The notes: generated by a model not told the origin, from the letters alone. Positions 12,659-26,120 are shown, counted from the first letter of the stretch. The stretch is 64,000 bases of DNA from Eledone cirrhosa (GCA_964016885.1 OZ024765.1:11780001-11844000); one strand, 5' to 3'. Made by a program: numbers and translations.

Positions 12659-13811
12659 GTGTGTGTGTGTGTATATATGTGTGTGTGTGTGTGTATATAT
12701 GTGTGTGTGTATATATATATATGTGTGTGTATGTGTGTGCGTGTGTGTGTATATATATATGTGTGTGTGTGTATATATGTGTGTGTGTGTGTATATATAT
12801 GTGTGTGTGTGTGTATATGTATGTGTGTGTGTGTGTGTGTATATATAGAGAGAGAGAAAGAGAGGGGTGAAACAGAGAGGGGGGAGATAGAGAGATAGAG
12901 AGGGTGAGAGGGAGAGAGAGAGAGAAGGGGAGAGAGAGAACGAGCGGTAGAGAGAGGAAGATAGAGAGAGAAACAGGGAGAGAGAGAGGAAGAGGGGGTG
13001 TGAGGGTGAGAAAGAGGGATAGTGTTGTGTGAACAGTGTATGTGTTGAGAAGTGTGTGTGTGCGCGTCTGAGTATGTGTGTGTGTGTTGAGAAGTGTGCG
13101 TGTGTATGTGTGTGCGTGTGTGTGTGTGAAAGACTGCATGTGTGTGAGAGCATTAGTGGCAAAGACTGCATGTGTGTGTGTGGCAGTGTGTGATAGTGTC
13201 TGTATGTGTGTGTGAAAAACTGCATGTGTGTGTGTGTGGCAGTGTGTGATAATGTCTGTATGTGTGTGTGAAAAACTGCATGTGTGTGTGTGTGGCAGTG
13301 TGTGATAATGTCTGTGTGTGTGAAAGACTGCATGTGTGTGTGTGGGGGGGGGGGGGTCTGATAGTGTCTGTGTGTGTGTGTGAAAAGCTGCGTGTGTGGC
13401 AGTGTGTGATAATGTCTGTGTGTGTGAAAGACTGCATGTGTGTGCGTGTATGTGTGTGTGAAAGACTGCATGTGTGTGTGTGTATGTGTGTGTGTGAGCA
13501 TGAATAGCAAAGACTGCGTGTATGAGACAGTGCATGGCAGATCAAGATGTATGGTTGAACACCTTTATAAATATTTACAGAAATTCCCCATTTTTTTTCT
13601 AATGAGAAAACTCTAGCATAGTTAAGACTCTTCCAGATGAGAGGACACCAGATAGCTGCATGGCTAACAAGTTTACTGAGCAATCATTAGGTCCAGTGTT
13701 CAATTCCACTGTGTGGTATCTTGAGCAAGTATCATTTCCCATAGCTTCAGCTCAACCTTGCTTTGTGAGTGAACCTGTGTAGAAGCCTGTCAAATGAACT
13801 GTAGTGTTAGT

Positions 13812-14032
13812 TTAACCACTTAGCATTTACATTACTCTATATTTACTATTACATTTCTCTGGTAAAGGTTTTATCTGAATTATCTCACATAATATCGAAT
13901 CTATGAGATTTTGATGTTATTTATTTTGAGAACAATACCTTAACATAAGTATGAGTGGCCAGTTATGTCCAGTTTGAACAGAAAGAGGTGAGAAAATTCT
14001 GGCTGGATACGGCCACTTTAAATGCTAAAGAG
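13812..14032. mobile_element. piggyBac-like MITE (degenerate)
   Basis: Reverse-orientation homologue of 41496-41682. Confidence 0.6.
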
Positions 14033-14181
14033 TAAAATAAAAGGGTCAGCCTTGTCAAACAATGTGCCATGCTGAATCTCCATGAGAATTATATTGAATG
14101 TACACATGTCTGTGGAATGCTCAGCTACTTATTCTATAAATCAAGATGGACAGTACCTGTTATTTAAAGGGTTAGTCTTGT

Positions 14182-14455
14182 GGAGGCATGTGACCTAGTG
14201 GTAAGGGTGTTGGACTTACAATCATAATGTTGGGGGTTCGATTCCTGGACTGGGTTGTGTTCTTGAACAAAATACTTCATTTCACATTGCTCCAGTATAC
14301 TCAACTGAAAGGGAGTACCAGTAATAGCTTTGGGTTGAACCCTGCAAAGGACTGGCATCCTGTCAAAGGGGAAGTCTTGTCCTCTCAGTTGCTTTACACC
14401 ATGAAACTGGGATCAGCACCAGCCTAATAAACCTTCTGGCATAAAGACAAACTTA
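14182..14455 (+). mobile_element. Older tRNA-derived SINE related to family 2
   Basis: GGAGGCATGTGACCTAGTGG A box; GGTTCGATTCC B box. Confidence 0.7.
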
Positions 14456-15912
14456 GAGTCTTGAACTACAATCTCCCTAAGAATTATAAGGGTACATGAG
14501 TCTGTGGAATGCTCAGCCACTTACACATTAATTTAATGAGCAGTCTGTTCCAGTTGATCGAACAACTGGAACACTCATCTTAAAACCACAGTAGATCCAT
14601 TATTCCAGATGTGTCGTATCACGCTGTGTTGTGTCATGTTTCTTGAGGTTTCCGAGCTGTGAGATTTACTGTCATGGTTCGATGAATTGGAGGGTTGTCA
14701 AAACCAGTGAGATTTATTTAACTTTAATGAGGCCCTTGAACAAGTAATGAGGATACTGCTTCACCAATCACACACACACACAAACAGTATACAATTGAAT
14801 ATAAGCTGATCCACACCCACTCCATGTTATGTCTGAGAAATGGGCAAAAATCCAAACCCTAATAAGCCAAGGCAGCTAATGAACACATTATATTTAGATG
14901 GTGTATATAAGCTCACCCACCCATTTTGCCATTGATTTTTTGGTCACATATTCTTGGACTTATATTCATGTATATAAGGGAAATAAAATCATCATTATTT
15001 AGTTACGTCCCTTTACGATCTGAGTTCAAATCCCGCCGAGGTTGACTTTGCCTTTCATCCTTACGGGGTCGATAAAATAAAGTAACAGTAATGCACTGGG
15101 TAATTGCTGGCCTTGTGCCTAAAGTAGAAACAATTATTTAACATCCGTTTTCCCTGCAAGCAAGGGTTGAACAGGTCTTCGCTGATTGAAACAGTAGTCA
15201 TTAGATGCAAATCTCTGCCTGTCTGGGAGATAATCTCCCAGACAGAGATCCACATCTCCACTTAGATAGTATGTAACCAGGCTGTGTTGTTTCTTGGGTT
15301 TTCGTATTGCTGTTAAATCTATTGTCATGGTTGAATGAATGAAGGTTTAATAAAGTCAATAAGATTTAGATAATTTTAATTAGTGTCAAGTAGATAAGTA
15401 ACCAGTCTGTGTTGTGTTGTTTTTTGAGTTTTGATGTCTATTAAATTTATCATGGTTGAATGAACAAAGGTTTAACAAAGATAGTAAGATTTAGATAACC
15501 TCTAATGAAAGTTAGATAGATAAGTCACCAGGTGTGTTGTGCTCTATAATGTCATATAGTTCTTTTTTGTTTTGTTTTGTTTTGTTTTTGTTGAGTTTGT
15601 GGTTGTTAGATGTTTATTTCATGGTTGAATGAACAGAGGTTTAATGAAGTCAGAAAGATTTAGATAACTTTAATTCATGTTAAGTGGAAAAGTAACCAGT
15701 GTGTGTTGTTTCCTGGGTTTTGATGTTGCTGTGAGATTTATTTTATGGTTGAAAATGCAATAGTTATGTAGAGAATTAAGTAGGTATGTAACCAGGTGTG
15801 TTGTGTTGTTTCTTGGGTTTTGATATTGCTGTTAGCTTTATTGTCATGGTTGAATGAACGAAGATTTAACAAAGCCAGGAGAATTTAGATAAATTTTAAT
15901 GAAACTTAGATA

Positions 15913-16085
15913 AATAATTGTTTCTACTTTTGGCACAAGGCCGGCAATTATCCCAGTACATTACTGGTACTTTATTTTATCGACCCCAAAAGGATGAAAG
16001 ACAAAGTTAACCTTGGCGGGATTTGAACTCCGACTGTAAAGGGAGCATGGCATCTGACCCTTTACTGATACTGTCAATCCACTGC
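15913..16085 (-). mobile_element. SINE family 1
   Basis: Reverse complement of 9665-9857. Confidence 0.8.
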
Positions 16086-16339
16086 TAATAACCAGGTGTG
16101 TTGTGTTGTGTTGTTTCATATGATGCTTTTTGTTGAAGTTTTGGTGAAGCTTTAAAATTTTTATTTTTGGTTGAATAAATCAGAAGTTTAAGAAAGCTAA
16201 TAAGATTTAGATAAATTTTAATTAGTGTTACGTAGGTAAGTAACGAGTTGGAGTTGTGTTGTTTCTTCGGTTTTGGTGTGTCTGTTAGATTTATTATCAT
16301 GGTTGAATAAATGGAGGTTTAAGAACAGCAGTAAGAATC

Positions 16340-16772
16340 TCTCATCTCATGATCTCATCTGTCCCATAGTCCAGTGGACGTTGGGGCACCACAGATGATC
16401 TGTAAACCACTTCGTTCCATTCCTCTCCACTCTCTTCATGTTTGCTCCCAGCTTCATGCCAGTCCATTCCGGGATGTTGTCCTTCCATCTCTTTTTCTAT
16501 CTGCCTTTCTTCCTTCCTCCTTGTACTGTTCCCTGCAGGACAGTCTTGGCAAGTCCTGAAGATCTTATCCCGTGCCCATACCATCTCAATTTGCATTGTT
16601 TTACCATAGTCAGTAGGTTTGTGTAGAACCTGATGGCTTGCCAAATTCTGTTCCCCACCTCCTCATTGGAGATGCGGTCTCTGTAGGTGATGCCAAAGAG
16701 CTTTCTGAAGCATCTCATCTCCATAGCCTGTACCCTTCTTTCAAAATCTGCTGTTATTGTCTAAGACTCACA
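16340..16772 (-). mobile_element. RTE/BovB-like LINE 3' fragment
   Basis: EMRCFRKLFGITYRDRISNEEV...KLRWYGH..SSGLAKTVLQGTVQGGRKKGR. Confidence 0.9.
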
Positions 16773-16792
16773 TTAAGATTTAGATAACTTTA

Positions 16793-17522
16793 ACCTGTTG
16801 ACTGCTGTGTATATTTTACACAGCTACAGTTGCTGGGTTTTTTTTTCAGTAAAATGACTATATTTTTCAACAAACATTTATTAAAAACACATATCTGAAT
16901 GTTTAAAAACACATATCTGAAACGTCACATCAAAAAACTAGTAACCTCATCTAGCTTTGAAGTTATGAACTGTTGGAAATGAGTTCATACTCCAAATACC
17001 AGTCGACAAATACTCTCCGACAGGTTTGCAATTGCGCCCTTAGCAGTGGAGACTTCAGGTATCCTTGGCCTTAGGGCTACCTCCCTACTTACCACCACAG
17101 GCACCTAGCTGGCCAACCGACGCTGTGAGCTTCGCAAGATAGAATGTCTCTTCCAGGGCATCTCTCCTACCATCCTATGGGGAAACGCCTGCTCCATTCT
17201 GTCTGCCAGGGCCGTGGGCAGCCAGCACGAGTGACCCCATTTCCTCATAATACAGAGAGATGGGGAGAGTGAGAGAGATGGAGGTGATAACAGTGGAAGT
17301 TCAGCTCTTCCGTGTGCCAGATTTTTTATTTAATTGTGATGAGCCTATTTTACAGGGAGATCCACCGACAACGGTTGGATTGTGTTGGAGATGCTGGTGC
17401 CAGGCTTTGAAGTTATGAACTGTTGGAAACGAGTTTAAACCTGTTAGGATGAGTTACCTCTTCCGTGGTACTGGAATACATACATGTTAGGATATATTAT
17501 CTTGTCTATGGCACTGAAGAGG
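16793..17522. mobile_element. TTAA-flanked piggyBac-like MITE (also partial at 9342-9515)
   Basis: TTAA|CCTG...AGG|TTAA ends; homology to the 9338 copy. Confidence 0.55.
16986..17403 (+). mobile_element. CRE-clade RLE non-LTR retrotransposon 3' fragment with 32-bp flanking duplication
   Basis: RFAIAPLAVETSGILG...LFQGISPTILWGNACSI (CRE-type PxAVETxG / GNA motifs); direct repeats at 16954-16985 and 17404-17435. Confidence 0.7.
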
Positions 17523-17769
17523 TTAATGAAACCAGATTGATGAAGATAACTTTTAATTAGTGTTAAGTAGATAAGTAACGAGTCTGAATTGTGTTGTTTC
17601 TGCTGTTGTTTCTTGAGATTTTATTGTTAGTTTTTGTTGATTGAGACCTAATGGAAGTTTAAGACAGACTCATCTTCATAGATGTGCTTCGTGTTAATTG
17701 AATAAAATAGGAATTTGAAGTAGCTTGCTGTTTAATGTGTGTTATGGTGTTAGTAAAGTAGGTGTAATC

Positions 17770-18400
17770 TCATGTTGTGGTGTGGTGTGGTGTAGTGTGG
17801 TGTGGTGTGGTGTAATGTAGTGTACTGTGGTGTGGTGTACTGTGGTGTGGTGTAGTGTAGTATGCTTTGGTGTACTGTGGTGTAGTGTAGTGTACTGTGG
17901 TATGGTGTAGTGTGAAGCGGTGAGGTGAGGTGTGGTGCAGTGCGGTGTGGTGTAGTGTGGTGTGGTGTGGTGTAATGTGGCGTAGTGTAGTGTACTGTGG
18001 TGTGGTGTACTGTGGTGTGGTGTAGTGTAGTATGCTTTGGTGTACTGTGGTGTAGTGTAGTGTACTGTGGTATGGTGTAGTGTGAAGCGGTGAGGTGAGG
18101 TGTGGTGCAGTGCGGTGTGGTGTGGTGTGGTGTGGTGTGGTGTGGTGTGGTGTGGTGTGGTGTGGTGTAATGTGGTGTGGTGTAGTGTGGTGTGGTGTGG
18201 TGTAATGTGGTGTAGTGTAGTGTAATGTGGTGTGGTGTACTGTGGTGTGGTGTAGTGTACTTTGGTGTACTGTGGTGTAGTGTACTGTGGTGTGGTGTAG
18301 TGTGAAGCGGTGAGGTGAGGTGTGGTGCAGTGCGGTGTGGTGCAGTGTGGTGTGGTGTAGTGTGAAGCAGTGTAGTGTAGTGTGGTAGGTTACAGTGTGG
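17770..18400. repeat. (GTGTG/GTGTA)n pentanucleotide array
   Basis: Direct inspection. Confidence 0.9.
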
Positions 18401-18439
18401 TGTGATTGACAGTATCAATATAATATCAGACCACATGCT

Positions 18440-18810
18440 TTGCTACATATAGTTACAACTCTTCATGTCCTGAGTTCAAATCCCACTGAGGTTAGCTTTG
18501 CCTTTCTTTCTTACAGAGTTGATAAAATAAAATATCAGTAATGTACTGGGATCGATTTAATCAAATTCTCCTCCCCTTCAAATTGCTGGCCTTGTGCCAA
18601 AAGTAGAACAATTATTATTGGATTGGCAGTATCAGTAGAGGGTCGGATGCCATGCTTTCCAACATAGTTACGTCCCTTTCAAATCTGAGTTCAAATCCCG
18701 CCGAGGTTGACTTTGCCTTTCATCCTTACGGGGTCGATAAAATAAAGTACCAGTAATGCACTGGGTAATTGCTGGCCTTGTGCCAAAAGTAGAACAATTA
18801 TTATTATTAT
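18440..18810 (+). mobile_element. Two tandem SINE family 1 copies
   Basis: Two B boxes and two GGCCTTGTGCCAAAAGTAG tails. Confidence 0.8.
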
Positions 18811-19032
18811 TTTGATTGGGTATCATTACTGCTTTACCAAGCATAGCTCTGTGTACCTTCGATATGTGCAGTCTTGTTTTTGCTAGTGTTGTTTTTATTG
18901 TATGCTGTATATATTTGTAAGTCCTGGGGTTTTGGTTATGTATTTGTCAGCAAACCTGGAGTCGATGTAATCGACTTTCCCCTCCCCAAAAATTGTTGGC
19001 CTTGTGCCTCATCCAGGAACCATTCGCCATTT

Positions 19033-19199
19033 CCATAATTCCCGGTGTCGAAGACGCTACTTTTTTCCTAAAATAAGTCTCAAAAATCTATCATACGTCC
19101 TGGAGGCCGAAGGTTGTTTATAATTTTTTTCAAATTTTTGGTTGTCAAAATTAGAGTCTGTCCTTGACAATGAAGCATCTTCGGCACCGGGAAATACAG
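19033..19199. mobile_element. pogo/Tigger-like MITE
   Basis: TIRs CCATAATTCCCGGTGTCGAAGACGC / GCATCTTCGGCACCGGGAAATACAG|TA; related end at 40682. Confidence 0.7.
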
Positions 19200-19635
19200 T
19201 ACCAACATGGCTGTTATTATCAACAGAACTCAAATCAAACAAACTCTGAACGAACACCACAAAGCATTTTTTCTGACACCTTCTTAACCCCTCTACCAAT
19301 TCAGAACATAAAAATATAAAATGAAAGACTCAATGGTTGAATGCGTCACTACCAAACAACCCTTGAGCATTTTACTCTCAAGAATCAAACACCAAATTTA
19401 CATTTATATTTCACTTGGAGATCAAATTACAATTTCAGTTTCAAATCTGTAGCAATTTTTATATTTTTATCTTATTGATATTTTACTTTAAATTTTTTTC
19501 TCTCTTTGTTTAATTTCAGTTAATAAGTTAAAAATTAAAAAAAAAGACTCCCAGTTTTATTAAATTTTAAATTTCAACCTGGAAGACAGAAAGAATATTT
19601 TAAAAGAAATAAAAAAAAAAATCTGCTAGAAAAAC

Positions 19636-19679
<44 letters not shown>

Positions 19680-19841
19680 AAAAATACTTGGAATAAAAAA
19701 AAAAGGAAATCTTCAATGGAAATTTCCATTCCTGCTTTAAATATTGGATACAGGGATCTAAGATGCTGATAGAAGAGTGTGTGTATGTGTGTATGTGTGT
19801 GTGTGTGTGTGTATGTGTGTGCAGGAGGAGGATGTCTGAGA

Positions 19842-19874
<33 letters not shown>

Positions 19875-19916
19875 TATATAGTGAGAGAGAGAGAGAGAGA
19901 GAGATATACACATACA

Positions 19917-19964
<48 letters not shown>

Positions 19965-20274
19965 GATAGAGAGATACACATACACACGCATATATTATCA
20001 TACAGATTATCCATGTTAGTCAGTCTGGAGCTTTGTAATAATTCAAGGCATGATCTTTTCTCACATTGTCCGCACATCTGGAAACACCTATTACGTAATT
20101 ACAAAACTCCAGACTGACAAACATGAATAATCTGTTATTATTCTGAGTTTACACAGTCGTTTCCCTGGCACCAATCTATTGTGGGTTGCCTCCCCTTTGG
20201 GAAGTGACTGCTTCTGCACAGACATATTTCATACAATTGTTTTTGTTTTTCTTTTCCATACACTCTCATTTAAA

Positions 20275-20315
20275 CCGAGCTGATGATCCGAATAAAGTGA
20301 AACAATTGTTCTTGG
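20275..20315 (+). ncRNA. Minimal type I hammerhead motif (family D)
   Basis: CCGAG-CTGATGA-(12 nt, poorly paired)-GAAAC-AATT-GTT-CTTGG. Confidence 0.55.
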
Positions 20316-20396
20316 CAATGGTGAACTAACTGTTGTGGAACTATTTCTCTATACATATATATATATTTTATATATATATATATTTTATATATATTT

Positions 20397-20495
<99 letters not shown>

Positions 20496-20656
20496 AAAGT
20501 TAAACAAGGTTCAATGAATACATCAAAGAATGAGTTTTACAATAGATTGGAAGCACTCAACAAGAAGAAGGTTTTCCAGAGTTATTAATATTAATTCAAT
20601 ATATATATATGCAAGCATGGAAGATGGACGTTAAACGATGATGATGATGATGATGA

Positions 20657-20699
<43 letters not shown>

Positions 20700-20704
20700 T
20701 ATTG

Positions 20705-22096
20705 AGATGGTAATAGCGCTGCTGCTGCTGCTGCTGCTGCTAGCAATTGTGGTGATGATAATGTTGGTGTTAGTGATGGTGGCAATTATGGTGGTGGTGG
20801 TGGTGATAGTAGTGGTGGCAATAGAAAGGATGCTGAAGTTAGTGCTGGTGGTGATGCTAGACATCCTGATGATGGTGGCGATGGTGGTAGAAGACGGTGA
20901 TGATGGTGATGGTGGTGGTGGTGGTGGTGATGACGGTGGTGGTAGTAGTAGAAGTGATCATGGTGATGGTAGATGGTGGTGGTGATGATGGTGGTGGTGG
21001 TAGTAGAAGTGATCATGGTGGTGGTGGTGGTGGTGGTGATGATGGTGGTGGTGGTGGTGGTGGTGATGATGGTGGTGGTGGTAGTAGAAGTGATCATGGT
21101 GATGGTAGATGGTGGTGGTGGTGATGGTGGTGATGATGGTGGTGGTGGTGATGATGGTGGTAGTGGTAGTAGAAGTGATCCTGCTGATGGTAGATGATGG
21201 TAGATGGTGGTGGTGGTGGTGATAGTGGTGGTGATGGTGGTGGTGGTGGTGATGGTGGTGGTGGTGGTGGTGGTGGTGGTGAGGTGGTGATGGTGGTGGT
21301 GGTGGTGGTGGTGGTGGTGGTGGTGGTGGTGGTGGTGATGGTGGTGGTGGTGGTAGTAGAAGTGTTCATGGTGATGGTAGATGGTGATGGTGGTGGTAGT
21401 AGAAGTGGTGATGGTGGTGGTGGTGGTGGTAGAAGTGGTGATGGTGGTGGTGGTGGTGGTGGTGGTGGTGATGGCAGCAGCAGTGAATTATCCAAAGAAG
21501 TGAGCTTAAGTTGATCTCTATCCAATCTGGAGAAATTAAGTTAAAAACAATGAGAAAACTGAAACATACAGGTCTCTGACAAGGCAAAATGTGTTGGCGC
21601 CATTCACAGACAAATTGATCACTGAGTTCCAACAAAGATCTTACCACATATCACGTGGTGACATACTCACCTTGGAGTAAAGTATATATGGAATTTAGCA
21701 GGTAGAGGTGGTGGTGGTGGTGGTGGTGGTAGGGTGGTAGTGTTGGTGGTGGTAGGGTGGTGGTGTTGTAGGTGATGGTGTGGTGGTGGTGTTGTAGGTG
21801 ATGGTGTGGTGGTGGTGGTAGGGTGGTAGTGGTAGGGTGGTGGTGGTAGTAGTGGTAGGGTGGTGGTTGTGTTGTGGGTGATGGTGGTAGGGTGATGGTG
21901 TAGTTGTAGTGTTGGTGGTGGCATTGGTGGTGTTGTAGGTGGTGGTGAGGTGATGTTGGTGATGATTGTGGTGGTGTCAATGGTGCTGATGGTGGTGGTG
22001 GTGGTGATGTCAATGGCGCTGATGATGGTGGTGGTGGTGATGTTGGTGATGGTGGTGGTGGTGGTGATGTTGGTGATGGTGGTGGTAGTGATGGTG
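20705..22096. repeat. (GGT/GAT)n low-complexity tracts flanking a unique island of about 220 bp
   Basis: Direct inspection. Confidence 0.85.
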
Positions 22097-22149
22097 GGGA
22101 CTCCTAAGTATGAAATGATATACTGAAGAGATGATATAATTTTCAGACA

Positions 22150-23450
22150 GTGTATGTATGTATATATATATATATATATATATGTACTCATATACATATA
22201 TGTGTGAGTGTGTGTATGTATATATGCATTTATATATATATGTGTGAGTGTGCGTGGGTGTGCGTATGTATATATGCATTCATATATATATGTGTGTGTG
22301 TGTGGGTATGTTTATATGCATTCATACATATATATATATATATGTGTGTGTGTATGTTTATATGCATTCATACATATATATATATGTGTGTGTGGGTGTA
22401 TGTGTATGTATATAAGCATTCATATATATATATATATATGTGTGTGTGGGTGTATGTGTATATATATATACATTCATACATATATATATATATGTGTGTG
22501 TGGGTGTATGTGTATGTATATATGCATTCATATATATATATGTGTGGGTGCATGTGTATGTATATATGCATTCATATATATGTGTGGATGTATGTGTATG
22601 TATATATGCATTCATATATATGTGTGGATGTATGTGTATGTATATATGCATTCATACATATATATATATATGTATGTGTATGTATATATGCATTCATATA
22701 TATATATATGTGTGTGTGGGTGTATGTGTATGTATATATGCATTCATACATATATATATATATGTATGTATGTGTATGTTTATATGTATTCATACATATA
22801 TATATATGTGTATGTCTTCAGTGTATGTGTGTATGTCTTCAGTGTATGTATGTATGTGTATGTCTTCAGTGTATGTGTGTATGTGTACGTCTTCAGTGTA
22901 TGTGTGTATGTGTATGTGTATGTCATCAGTGTATGTATGTGTGTATGTGTATGTCATCAGTGTATGTGTGTATGTGTATGTCTTCAGTGTATGTGTGTAT
23001 GTGTATATCATCAGTGTGTGTGTATATCATCAGTGTATGTATGTATGTCTTCAGTGTATGTGTATGTCATCAGTGTATGTATGTATGTGTATGTCTTCAG
23101 TGTGTGTGTATATCATCAGTGTATGTGTATATCTTCAGTGTATGTGTGTATGTATGTGTATGTCTTCAGTGTATGTGTGTATGTCATCAGTGTATGTATG
23201 TGTGTATGTGTATATCTTCAGTGTATGTGTGTATGTATGTGTATGTCTTCAGTGTATATGTATGTGTATATCATCAGTGTATGGGTATGTCATCAGTGTA
23301 TGTGTGTATGTGTATGTCTTCAGTGTATGTGTATGTCTTCAGTGTATGTGTATGTCTTCAGTGTATGTGTATGTCTTCAGTGTATGTGTATGTCTTCAGT
23401 GTATGTGTATGTCTTCAGTGTATGTGTGTATGTTCAGTGTATGTGTGTAT
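22150..23450. repeat. Compound (TATG)n minisatellites with GCATTCA and TCTTCAG anchors
   Basis: Direct inspection. Confidence 0.85.
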
Positions 23451-23589
23451 ATATTCTCATTGTGTTTCCAGTGTGTGCATGGCTTTTGGTTAATTAAAAT
23501 TAGTTTCTTCTTGGTGTTTGTGTAAGATTAATTACCGATTTCTTAACTTTGGCACCAGACCAAGAATTCTGCAGTGAGGAAATGATATC

Positions 23590-24312
23590 AGGCTCAATTG
23601 AATTAACTCCAGGTTCCTGATCAAAACTAATCTTCTTGGCCCCTCTGCCCCACTCTAGAAGGAATCATGTTAAAAGCCAAACCCAATCCTCGGTTGGATA
23701 AGCTCTAAGCGTAGATATTTAAATATTTAAATGTCTTAGACGAGTTGCTGTTGTTGTTAAAGTAAAGATTGTAAAACTTTTCATGCTTATTAAACCACGT
23801 CTCTCAAACAAGAACAACAAGAACAAAAAAGGGTTTTAAGCCCTAACCCCATGAAAAACCTTTTGAAAGGTCGGTCCTGGAATGTTAGTTAGTAGGAAAA
23901 GAAAAGTCCCATGACTCCTGATGGGATCATAGGGGCACGTTGTAACATACAGGATCAATTGAATTAACTCCAGGTTCCTGATCAAAACTAATCTTCTTGG
24001 CCCCTCTGCCCCACTCTAGAAGGAATCATGTTAAAAGCCAAACCCAATCCTCAGTTGGATCAGCTCTAAGCGTAGATATTTAAATATTTTAATGTCTTAG
24101 ACGAGTTGCTGTTGTTGTTGATGTAAAGATTGTAAAACTTTTCATGCTTATTAAACCACGTCTCTCAAACAAGAACAACAAGAACAAAAAAGGGTTTTAA
24201 GCCCTAACCCCATGAAAAACCTTTTGAAAGGTCGGTCCTGGAATGTTAGTTAGTAGGAAAAGAAAGGTCCCATGACTCCTGATGGGATCATAGGGGCACT
24301 GTTGTAACATAC
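23590..24312. repeat. 361-bp tandem duplication (2 copies)
   Basis: 23641 onward matches 24002 onward with few substitutions. Confidence 0.9.
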
Positions 24313-24536
24313 AGTATGTCTTGGGTATTATAAAATTAATACTCTAGTACTCCCCTTTCTCTGTCCATGCCTGAACATAACTGAATCATCACATTTTTAG
24401 TAATAAGTACTTTTGTTGTAATGGTAGCAGAGAGGTGTTCAAGAGAGATTCACAACGGTACAATTGATAAAGGTAGCAATTAGATGTTGGACTGAAAGGT
24501 TAGTAGAGATTACTACTTCAGGAAAATGGAGATGTA

Positions 24537-25146
24537 GTAATTGTTTCTACTTTTGGCACAAGGCCAGCGATTACCCCAGTGCATTACTGGTACTTTATTT
24601 TATCAACCTCATAGGAATGAAAGGCAAAGTTAACCTCGGCGGGATTTGAACTCATACCGTAAAGGGCCGTAACTCTATGCTGCAAAGCATGGCGTCCGAT
24701 ACTGCCAATCCAGAAAATAATACTACTAATAATAATGATTTCTAGTATAGGCACAAGGCCAGTAATTTGGGGAGAGGGGAAAGTCGATTAAATCGACCCC
24801 AGTATGTTACTGGTACTTTATTTTATCGACCCCTTAAAGGTGAAAGGCAAAGTTAAGCTTGGCCGGATTTGAGTTGAAAAATGTAAATGTCTGTAACTCT
24901 ATGCCTTGAAGTAGGGTGTCTGACACTCTACCGATTCTGCCAGTTACAATAATTCTTTCTACATTTGATACAAGGCCAGCAATTTGAACTGAAGGGGGAA
25001 GTCAACTGAATAGATTCCAGTGCATTACTGGTACTTTATTTTATCGACCCCGTAAGGATGAAAGGCAAAGTTAACCTCGGCGGGATTTGAACTCTATGCG
25101 TCAAAGCATGGCGTCTGACCCTCTACCAATACTGCCACTCCACCGT
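24537..25146 (-). mobile_element. Cluster of three SINE family 1 copies
   Basis: Three TTTCTAC/GGCACAAGGCCAG tails and internal CGACCCC motifs. Confidence 0.8.
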
Positions 25147-25569
25147 AATAATGAAGTTCATATTCCATGGTGGCGGAAAAGTTCATAAGGAATATTTCAA
25201 AACATAATAAAGATTTATTTCCTTCTTCATATTAATACAAGTACAAAGCGAGTGAAGAACTGCAAACATATCGCATAACCAAGTTGAACGATAAATGTAA
25301 TTCTCCGCAAAGTCATATATCGAGATTACCCTCGGCTTTAGAGGGCAAGATCAAGAAAATCAGGAAGCGAGTTACACGGTGCTGCTCGGTAGAAGATCCC
25401 AAATGTAACTGCAGGAGAATTGATAATTAGGCACGAAATCAACTGCTGGGCGGAAGTCGTTCTTAGTATACCTAGGCCACCAAACCTAAGAGCTGGCAAC
25501 TGACCAAACACAACCAAATTACTCCGCCGCGATAAAGTAGTACTATTGCTTGCTACACATTACATTTTT

Positions 25570-26120
25570 CTTTACAAAACATTCATCACTGGCTCTATTT
25601 CTATCACTCCTATCACCCAGTCACTTTCATCCTCCCTCAACACATGGCCCAGCCATCTCATTCTATCTCTCTTCACATCATACATCGCTGACTAACTACT
25701 CCTCTCATTCTCATGACTCAACACATGACCCAACCATCTCACTCCATTTCTCTTCACAACATTCATCACTGCTTCTATTCCTCTCACTTCATTATTTCCA
25801 TCCATCCTCAGCACATGACTCAGCCATCCCATGCCATTTCTCTTCACAACATTCATCACTGCTTCTATTCCTCTCACTTCATTATTTCCATCCATCCTCA
25901 ACACATGACTCAGCCATCCCATGCCATTTCTCTTCACAACATTCATCACTGCTTCTATTCCTCTCACTTCATTATTTCCATCCATCCTCAGCACATGACT
26001 CAGCCATCCCATGCCATTTCTCTTCACAACATTCATCACTGCTTCTATTCCTCTCACTTCATTATTTCCATCCATCCTCAGCACATGACTCAGCCATCCC
26101 ATGCCATTTCTCTTCACAAT
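25570..26120 (-). repeat. 90-bp tandem repeat derived from an RTE ORF segment
   Basis: Unit translates as VKRNG(V/M)(R/G)WL(G/S)HVLRMD, the RTE RWLGHVLRM motif. Confidence 0.75.

Larger units (their letters stand above)
15270..17750. repeat. Diverged tandem repeat of about 120 bp, interrupted by SINE, RTE and MITE insertions
   Basis: Recurring GTAACCAG-TGTGTTG...CATGGTTGAATGAA...AAGATTTAGATAA. Confidence 0.75.

Noticed and set aside
19057-19299. Protein-like 80-aa minus-strand ORF
   Set aside because: Most of it lies within a pogo-like MITE with terminal inverted repeats.
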